A program made the position numbers and the translations under genes. From an uncultured Acidobacteriota bacterium (lineage in GTDB: Bacteria > Acidobacteriota > Blastocatellia > RBC074): a stretch of DNA of 64,000 nt. Positions 58,703 to 64,000 of the stretch are shown here, in pieces. The notes below the pieces were generated by a model that saw only the letters and a list, made by a program, of their open reading frames with translations, did not search any database and was not told the origin of the DNA. Within the stretch, counting starts at the first letter, position 1; every line of letters starts with the position of its first letter. The stretch is from the NCBI GenBank assembly GCA_902825875.1, contig CADECP010000038.1, forward strand, positions 1,915 to 65,914, given 5' to 3'.

Positions 58703-59338
58703 TTAGGGTTTCTTGGCAGCCGGAGCAGCAGTGCCAGATCCGGGATTTGCTTTGTTGTATTGAGCCATGAAATCTTCGGTGATGTCGGTGGCTGTGGCGG
58801 CATAAAGCACCACGCCGGTTTGTTGAACCGCGCCGCCTTCTAAAACCATAATGATGCCGCGTTGCTGGCAATAACCTTCCAGGAATTTGCCGATCTTTTC
58901 ATAAACCGGTTGGGTGACTTCGGCCTGACGTTTGTTGCCGATGGCCTGGTAGTCTTCGGTTTTGCGTTTCAGCATGCGTTCTTTTTCCGTGCCTTCTTCA
59001 ACCCATTGATTGCGAACCTGTGCGCTGACCGTATTGCCCTGATTCTGAATCTTGCTTTTCAGGTTGTTCAGTTCGGTTTCCAGAGCTTCCAATTCTTTCA
59101 GCTTCGGCCCGAATTCGGCGTTCAGGGCTTCCAGTTTTTCTTTCAGTTCATTGATGCCGGGGCCGAAACGCGCGGTGTTGACGTAGGCGAGTTTTCCTTC
59201 AGCGCCAGTTCCGCCTGTGGCAGCGCCGGCAGCCGGAGCCGCTCCGCCGGAAGTCGGTTTGGGGGGAGCAGGCGTTTGCGCGAATGCTGCGACAGCCAGC
59301 GCGGCGATGATTGCGAATGCGAGACACAATTTTTTCAT
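58703..59338 (-). CDS. skp: OmpH/Skp periplasmic chaperone, copy 1.
   Basis: A signal peptide (MKKLCLAFAIIAALAVAAFA) is followed by a coiled-coil-rich body. It lies downstream of bamA. Confidence 0.7.
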   Translation of the reverse strand: MKKLCLAFAIIAALAVAAFAQTPAPPKPTSGGAAPAAGAATGGTGAEGKLAYVNTARFGPGINELKEKLEALNAEFGPKLKELEALETELNNLKSKIQNQGNTVSAQVRNQWVEEGTEKERMLKRKTEDYQAIGNKRQAEVTQPVYEKIGKFLEGYCQQRGIIMVLEGGAVQQTGVVLYAATATDITEDFMAQYNKANPGSGTAAPAAKKP

Positions 59339-59361
59339 GTTCTTCAAACTCCTCAGATAAA

Positions 59362-59381
59362 TTGGGACAATTTTCAAATTG
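59362..59381. repeat. Half-site copy (TTGGGACAATTTTCAAATTG) of the TGGGACAATTTT palindrome family.
   Basis: It lies between the two skp genes and matches the left half of the 13155 and 43435 elements. Confidence 0.5.
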
Positions 59382-59391
59382 ACCGATAGCT

Positions 59392-59988
59392 TTACTTGGC
59401 GCTGGCCGCTCCTGCCGGAGCCGGGTTCGCCTTGTTATATTCCTTCATAAAATCTTCGGTGATGTTCGCTTTGGCGTCGGCGTAAATGACAACGCCTGTT
59501 TCCTGCAATTGGCGACCATCGAACACGAAAGTGATGCCGTGTTTTTGGGCATACTGTTCCAGGTACTTGCTCAGCTTTTCCTTGGTCGGGCCGGTTTCTT
59601 CTTCTTCGCGTTTTCCGGCGATGGACTGTGAATCTTCAACCAACCGCTGGTAAGTCTTTTTGCCTTCTTCGAGTTCCTGCTGAAGTTTGGCGGCTTGCTG
59701 CTGAGTCAGGGTTTTATTTTCAGCCAGAACCTTTTCTTTCGCAGCCAGCGAAGTTTGCATGGATTCCAGTTCGCGGTAACGCGGGGCAAATTCGGTTTGC
59801 AGTTTTTCGTATTTGATCTTGAGTTCGGCAATTCCGTCGCGGAAGGCCATCACGTCAAGAATCGCAACTTTGAGTTTGGGCGGTTGCGAGGTTGCAGGCG
59901 CGCCGCCAGCTTGAGCTTGCGCGTTCTGCGTCGTCACCATCAGCAATGGAAGCGCCAAAGCGAGGGTCAGTAAAAGCTTGGTTTTCAT
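59392..59988 (-). CDS. skp: OmpH/Skp periplasmic chaperone, copy 2.
   Basis: A signal peptide (MKTKLLLTLALALPLLMV) is followed by coiled-coil regions. It is a paralogue of copy 1. Confidence 0.7.
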   Translation of the reverse strand: MKTKLLLTLALALPLLMVTTQNAQAQAGGAPATSQPPKLKVAILDVMAFRDGIAELKIKYEKLQTEFAPRYRELESMQTSLAAKEKVLAENKTLTQQQAAKLQQELEEGKKTYQRLVEDSQSIAGKREEEETGPTKEKLSKYLEQYAQKHGITFVFDGRQLQETGVVIYADAKANITEDFMKEYNKANPAPAGAASAK

Positions 59989-60090
59989 TCTCAAAAAATC
60001 TCCAGTCTGTGCGGTGGTGGTCGGTGATTGGCGGTTAGCGTTGGCGGCAGCGATTACGCCAACCACCAATCACTAATCACCAGCCACTTC

Positions 60091-63084
60091 TTAAAATGTT
60101 CGTCCGACGCTGAAACGCATCACTGTGCGGCGTTCGATGAAAAGCACTGTCGGATCGGTAATATCGGTTTTCGCTTGCGGGTTGTAAGCGAAGATCAAAC
60201 GGAATGGCACGTTGATCACCGGCATCTGAATGCGGAATTCCAGCCCCATCGAAGAGCGCAGGTCAGCCAGAAACTTCACGTTCTGTTCGGACGAGCGAAC
60301 GATGCTGTAATCGCGCGATTCGCCTTCCAGGAAAATCGTGCGGTAGCCAATTGCATTGCCAAAAATATCGCGCGGTGCGCTGGCCAACTCTTCGGCGGAA
60401 GCGACACGACCTGCCGGGTTGAGCGTCACGCCGGAGGGGGTAATGGTTTGCCGAATGAAGTTTGTCGTCGAAAGTTGATCCTGGTATTTGCGTGCGTTGA
60501 ATGCCGTTCCCACGTCAGCAAACGCGGCGATGGACAGAACACTGAAAACCGGAACGCGATATTCCAGGTTGTAAATGAACTGTGTATCACCACCAATCGG
60601 CGTGAAAAAGCGTCGCGCATTGACCACGTTGCACCCGATGGAGGGATTAGCCGTTTCTGTGCAGGTTCCGGTTGGAGTCACTGTTCCTGGCGACTCAAAC
60701 GTGAAATTGCGAAGCACGCTTGAGGCAACGGTTCCGCTGGGCGCATCAATCAACTGGGTGAAATCCGCCGGGTCTTGAATTTTCGCCGAAACGTTTCTGG
60801 TCGAAAGGAACGAATCTGCCGGAACCACAGGGGAAATCGAGCGGAAGTTATAACCGCGAATATCGTATTCGCCGCCCAGGAAGAACCGTTCAAACAACGG
60901 GATGCCGCCGACAAACGAAAGCGTTTGAGTCGTGAAAGGCGTGCCGAAAGTGCGGATGTGATCGGCGCGAAGACGCATTGCCACGACATGCGGTTTGTCG
61001 GTTCGTTTTCTGAAAACTGGCATGAATCGCTGATATTCCAGCGAAGGCGAAAAGGTATTCACATCTCCGCCGAGAACGCCGCCCGATAATCCAAAGCCCA
61101 AAAACAGGCTTTGGCCGTTGGTCGGGTCAAGCTGCGCATTCTTGGTGTTGTAAAACAACGAAGGCGTAACGCGGCTGGTCAGAATCTTCGGTTGCGTGAA
61201 GGTGACGGGGATGTCGTTTGTCGGGTCGCCGTCGGTGTTGACCTTCGGGTCTTCGATACTGCTGGTTGACAGCGAATACGACAATCCAAGTCGGGACGCA
61301 CGGGCAAATTCCCTAAACTTGTTCGGGAAAAAAATGGCCATCGGCGAAGAAACGCTGACGCTTCCGCCCGCCGACCGTTGCGTAAACAAGGTGTCGGCGT
61401 CAATCGAAGACAGGCCGAAAAAGCTGGCCTGGAGAAGCTGCTGATTCGCCTGGGCGAAGTTGAAGCCCTGTCCGACGTATTGATACTTCGAGGCGAACAA
61501 CTGGAATCCCAACTGAATCGGTTTGCCGAACAGGTATGGTTCGGTGAATCCGAATTGTGCGGACAACTGTCGGTTGCCGCCGGATAGGGAAACGCTAAGG
61601 GATTCGCCGTAACCGAGCAGGTTGTTGGTCGAATAAGTAAGCCCGAAAAAGCTTCCGGCAAAGCCTGATACGCCGCCGTTCAACTGAATTTCCTGGCGAC
61701 CGCGCTCTTTGACTTGCAGGTCAATGTCCACAGTCTGGTCGCGGTCGTTGGTGCGCGTGATGGCGTCTTTTTCTTTGACCTCTTCAAACAGTCCCAACTG
61801 GTTCAATCGCAGGATCGAAAAATCCCACAGCCGTTTGTTGTACGGATCGCCTTCGTTCAGGGCGACTTCGCGTCGCAAAACAACGTCGCGCGTGTTGGTG
61901 TTGCCGATGAATTCCAGGCGGCGCATCGTGAACTGACGGCCTTCGTCCACTTCCAATGTGACTTCGATCTCGCCTTCTTCCTGAGTCTTGTCAATGAACT
62001 TGGGAATGAAATCCACGCTGGCCTGAATGTAACCCTGAGTTCCGTAAACGTCCTTGATGCCTTTGAAAACGTTTTCCTGAATTTTCTTGGCATCAATCCA
62101 GTCGCCTTCTCGCAAACCGGAAACAGCCTTGACGATGCCGGGTTGAAAGATCGTCACGCCTTTTTCTTCGACTTTGGTGATTTTGTAACGGCGACCGACT
62201 TCCAGCGGAATGGAAATCCGTTTGCCGGGACCTGTCTTTCGCAATCCGGGAATCGGCAGGGGAAAACCGCTCGAAACCGTTCCGGCGTCTTCGACCAATG
62301 GCTCGCCAATCTTGGCTTGCAAGTAGCCTTTCGATCCCAGAAAGAATCGAACCCGTTCCAGATCGTCCTGCAATTTTTCTTTGAAATAGATGTCTTTCGA
62401 CGTGAAGGTGGCGATCAACCCCGATTCTTTGACCAGCTTCATCGCACCGCGCAATTTGCGCTGAGAAAATCCGTCACGGTCGCCGGTGAATTCAATTTCC
62501 TTGACTCGAACGCGAGGGCCTTCTTCGACGCTGAAGATCAGCGCCACGGTCGTGGCGGAAATGTCTTCCACTTCGATGGAGACTTTGGCGTCCGGATGAC
62601 CTTTTTCGGCCAGCAACTCTTTCAACACCACACGCGCGCCATTGGCTTTGGATGGGTCGAATTGAGATTCCTTGCTGACCTGAACGCGACGCTCTTTGAA
62701 TCGTGTGAGCACTTCGCTTTCGGTCGCAGATTTCAGATTGCGATATTGCAGGTCGCGGATGATCGGGTATTCCTTGACCTGAAAGATGATGATTTTGCCG
62801 CCGCGAGGACCATCTTCAATGTAAAGCCGGGTTCCCAGCGGGTCGAACAAACCCATTTGCAGAATCGCTTGCAGATCGCGTTGAGACAGATTGATGTCGA
62901 AACGATCCTGCGGCTTGCTCTGCACATAATAAAGGATGGACTCGCGCGGAATGCGGCGATTGCCGCGGATTTCCACGTCCTCAACAAACACGTCCTGGTT
63001 TTGTGAATATGCCGGACGAACTGAAATGAGGGTAACGAAAACAAGAAAAAGTGCGCTTGCCAAAAAGGTAATGCGCTTGGTCAT
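60091..63084 (-). CDS. bamA: Outer-membrane protein assembly factor BamA (five POTRA domains plus a beta-barrel).
   Basis: The 997-aa protein has a signal peptide, POTRA repeats and a C-terminal barrel ending in aromatic residues (...FSVGRTF). It lies upstream of skp/lpxD. Confidence 0.85.
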   Translation of the reverse strand: MTKRITFLASALFLVFVTLISVRPAYSQNQDVFVEDVEIRGNRRIPRESILYYVQSKPQDRFDINLSQRDLQAILQMGLFDPLGTRLYIEDGPRGGKIIIFQVKEYPIIRDLQYRNLKSATESEVLTRFKERRVQVSKESQFDPSKANGARVVLKELLAEKGHPDAKVSIEVEDISATTVALIFSVEEGPRVRVKEIEFTGDRDGFSQRKLRGAMKLVKESGLIATFTSKDIYFKEKLQDDLERVRFFLGSKGYLQAKIGEPLVEDAGTVSSGFPLPIPGLRKTGPGKRISIPLEVGRRYKITKVEEKGVTIFQPGIVKAVSGLREGDWIDAKKIQENVFKGIKDVYGTQGYIQASVDFIPKFIDKTQEEGEIEVTLEVDEGRQFTMRRLEFIGNTNTRDVVLRREVALNEGDPYNKRLWDFSILRLNQLGLFEEVKEKDAITRTNDRDQTVDIDLQVKERGRQEIQLNGGVSGFAGSFFGLTYSTNNLLGYGESLSVSLSGGNRQLSAQFGFTEPYLFGKPIQLGFQLFASKYQYVGQGFNFAQANQQLLQASFFGLSSIDADTLFTQRSAGGSVSVSSPMAIFFPNKFREFARASRLGLSYSLSTSSIEDPKVNTDGDPTNDIPVTFTQPKILTSRVTPSLFYNTKNAQLDPTNGQSLFLGFGLSGGVLGGDVNTFSPSLEYQRFMPVFRKRTDKPHVVAMRLRADHIRTFGTPFTTQTLSFVGGIPLFERFFLGGEYDIRGYNFRSISPVVPADSFLSTRNVSAKIQDPADFTQLIDAPSGTVASSVLRNFTFESPGTVTPTGTCTETANPSIGCNVVNARRFFTPIGGDTQFIYNLEYRVPVFSVLSIAAFADVGTAFNARKYQDQLSTTNFIRQTITPSGVTLNPAGRVASAEELASAPRDIFGNAIGYRTIFLEGESRDYSIVRSSEQNVKFLADLRSSMGLEFRIQMPVINVPFRLIFAYNPQAKTDITDPTVLFIERRTVMRFSVGRTF

Positions 63085-63445
63085 GAAGCTTCTCCACCTA
63101 TGTTAAATCGTTCAGGAGTTGGCTCTGTCCGAAGAGTTCATAATTCCTTGCCGCGCGCGCAAATTCGCGCAGCTTTCAGACAGTGCCTGGCAAATCCCTG
63201 AAGCAGGGACAGCCGGAAAGCACGCACTATGAACGACCTACATTGCCAAGATTGCAGTGCTAATTTTTTTAAGGTTACGAAATATACGCAAAGAAGTCCG
63301 GTATTGAATAGCCAACGACCGGACTTGTCAACCGTCCAAATTTTTTAGGTCTTCAAACAGAGAAAAGCAACGAACCGGCACAAAAAGGCAACCGGAATTC
63401 CACTGTTTAGCCTTTACAGAACATTAGTGCCAGTCGTGGTTTGTT

Positions 63446-64000
63446 TCAGCGCAAGATGATTTCTTCCGACTTGAGCGACTCTTCGTCCAGGTCTTCTGCT
63501 TTCACCTTGTTTTCGATTCTCAGATTTGACAATCCATCTTCGGGCAGAGGTCGAATGGCCAAACCGTTGTTATCTTTGAAAATTTCGATCAGGGAAGCTC
63601 CGGCCAGACGGCCTTCGATCAGGGCTTCGGAAAGTGGGTCTTCGACGAATTTCTGCAAGGCTCGGCGCAACGGCCGCGCGCCGTAGCTGCGGTCGGAGCA
63701 GGTTTGTTCGACCACCCAACGTTTGGCGTCTTCGGTCAGTTGAATTTGCAGTTGGCGATGCTGAAGCGTCTGGTTCATCTGGCGAACCAGCAGGCCGACG
63801 ATGCTCAGCAAATCTTCGTCGCTGAGCGGTTCAAAGACGATGATTTCGTCCAGCCGGTTGATGAATTCCGGGTTGAAGGTTTCGCGCACAGAAGCCAGCA
63901 CGCGATCTTCGGTTTTGGACTGAGCATCAATGCGCGAAGTGTGAAAACCTAAGTGGCCGCCTTTGTTGACGAAGCGCGCGCCTATGTTCGAGGTCATAAT
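63446..64000 (-). CDS. Clp/Hsp100 ATPase (ClpA/ClpC type) C-terminal D2 small domain. The 5' end lies right of the window.
   Basis: SYGARPLRRALQKFVEDPLSEALIEG is the sensor-2 GARPLRR region, preceded by the FINRLDEIIVFEPLS motif. Confidence 0.6.
   Translation of the reverse strand: MMTSNIGARFVNKGGHLGFHTSRIDAQSKTEDRVLASVRETFNPEFINRLDEIIVFEPLSDEDLLSIVGLLVRQMNQTLQHRQLQIQLTEDAKRWVVEQTCSDRSYGARPLRRALQKFVEDPLSEALIEGRLAGASLIEIFKDNNGLAIRPLPEDGLSNLRIENKVKAEDLDEESLKSEEIILR

Overview
This is a high-GC chromosomal window, densely coding on both strands, with gene content and style consistent with an Acidobacteria-like soil bacterium (inference only). Most of the large antisense ORFs in the six-frame track are GC artefacts and are rejected below.

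Gene order, left to right:
- 3' end of a PLP-dependent O-acetylhomoserine sulfhydrylase-like gene, then metX.
- An Rsm22-like methyltransferase, a histidine ammonia-lyase (MIO motif ASG present), and a CRTAC1-like TPR/FG-GAP protein.
- A convergent 1199-aa TonB-dependent receptor.
- A small membrane protein, then an S41 C-terminal processing protease (ctpA).
- A roughly 330-nt heavily structured intergenic element.
- Three tandem paralogous ~1120-aa tricorn-protease homologues, with a HicB-like/VapC toxin-antitoxin pair inserted between the second and third copies.
- A translationally coupled DUF692 (MNIO)-DUF2063-like pair with its own promoter and no obvious precursor peptide, then a TPR-esterase.
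- An accessory-looking block: a DUF5678-like protein plus a small protein; an ABC-like P-loop ATPase tightly coupled to a TPR protein; an XPB-like helicase with a Bax1-like partner, and a (CACGAAGGG)n repeat between them.
- A thiolase, two glycosyltransferases, and an MsbA-like ABC exporter.
- A 3496-aa secreted giant protein carrying eleven near-identical 453-bp SdrD-B/Cna-B-like tandem repeats.
- The conserved envelope cluster bamA-skp-skp-lpxD-fabZ-lpxA, interrupted by an Rpn-family PD-(D/E)XK gene, followed by a GNAT gene.
- A partial Clp ATPase at the right end.

Several short intergenic repeat families recur across the window: two REP-like palindromic families, a 26-nt palindrome, and a CACGAAG hairpin family.

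The candidates I rate highest for a new system are the orphan MNIO/DUF2063 pair downstream of the tricorn array, the ATPase-TPR / XPB-Bax1 block, and the structured element at 13.2-13.5 kb.
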